A stretch of 64,000 bases of DNA from Haliotis rufescens (taxonomy: Eukaryota): positions 23,002,001 to 23,066,000 of the forward strand of contig NW_025963791.1 of NCBI RefSeq assembly GCF_023055435.1, written 5' to 3'. Made by a program: the position numbers and the translations under genes. This document shows positions 63,698 to 64,000 of the stretch, one piece after another. Numbering within the stretch: the first letter of the stretch is position 1; each line of letters opens with the position of its first letter. Under the pieces are notes generated by a model. That model had not been told where the DNA came from. It saw only the letters and a program-made list of their open reading frames with translations, and ran no database searches.

Positions 63698-64000
63698 TAT
63701 CTGAGCCTAAGGGAAGTCATCTGATCCTAGGTAGTCTGTCTTACAGACCCTGATACAAATACATCAAATACAGCCCATGCAAGTCTATAATGTTTGGCAA
63801 GTCTAGATTTCTGCAGTATCCGGAAAAATGAAGAGAGTCTCAGGGCTCTTTTTATTATTTTTTTAAGATAATTTAACAACTGGTTTGTTTTTTTCTGTAC
63901 GATATGTTCATTTCAGAGACTAGATGATAGTCTAGAGCCTAGGCTCAAATAACTCTGGGTCGTTATCTCAGCCTCCTAAGCCGCCTGTTTCAGTCTGGTG

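Noticed and set aside
63533-63724. Gly-rich ORF
   Set aside because: Poly-G tract; homopolymer length is also unreliable

Overview
AT-rich eukaryotic (metazoan) genomic DNA; the repeat landscape suggests a mollusc, possibly an abalone-like gastropod (inference from recall). Three spliced genes were reconstructed by hand from GT-AG boundaries and exon phases. (1) A complete ATF7IP/MCAF1 orthologue on + (11 coding exons, 3262-17352, ~1280 aa) with a C-terminal FN3 domain, a VIDLT SUMO-interacting motif and an N-terminal histone-H3K9 mimic (TARKST) that the ORF track misses. (2) A complete RSAD1/HemW-like radical-SAM gene on - (14 coding exons, 47389-26788, ~438 aa). (3) The first two coding exons of a DUOXA (dual oxidase maturation factor) gene on + (from 60501, continuing beyond the window). 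The rest is four SINE-like families, MULE-like and pogo-like MITEs, two Tc1/mariner fossils, a ~1 kb local duplication and nine non-coding tandem arrays. The most unusual pattern is that three arrays were seeded exactly on gene-expression signals: a 40-bp unit amplifying the RSAD1 exon-8 end plus 5' splice site (~34 copies), a 34-bp unit amplifying the DUOXA exon donor (~39 copies) and a 60-bp unit amplifying the last RSAD1 codons plus stop codon (~77 copies, predicted ~4.7 kb 3'UTR). No prokaryotic-type system (CRISPR etc.) is present. The long ORFs over the arrays are repeat artefacts.
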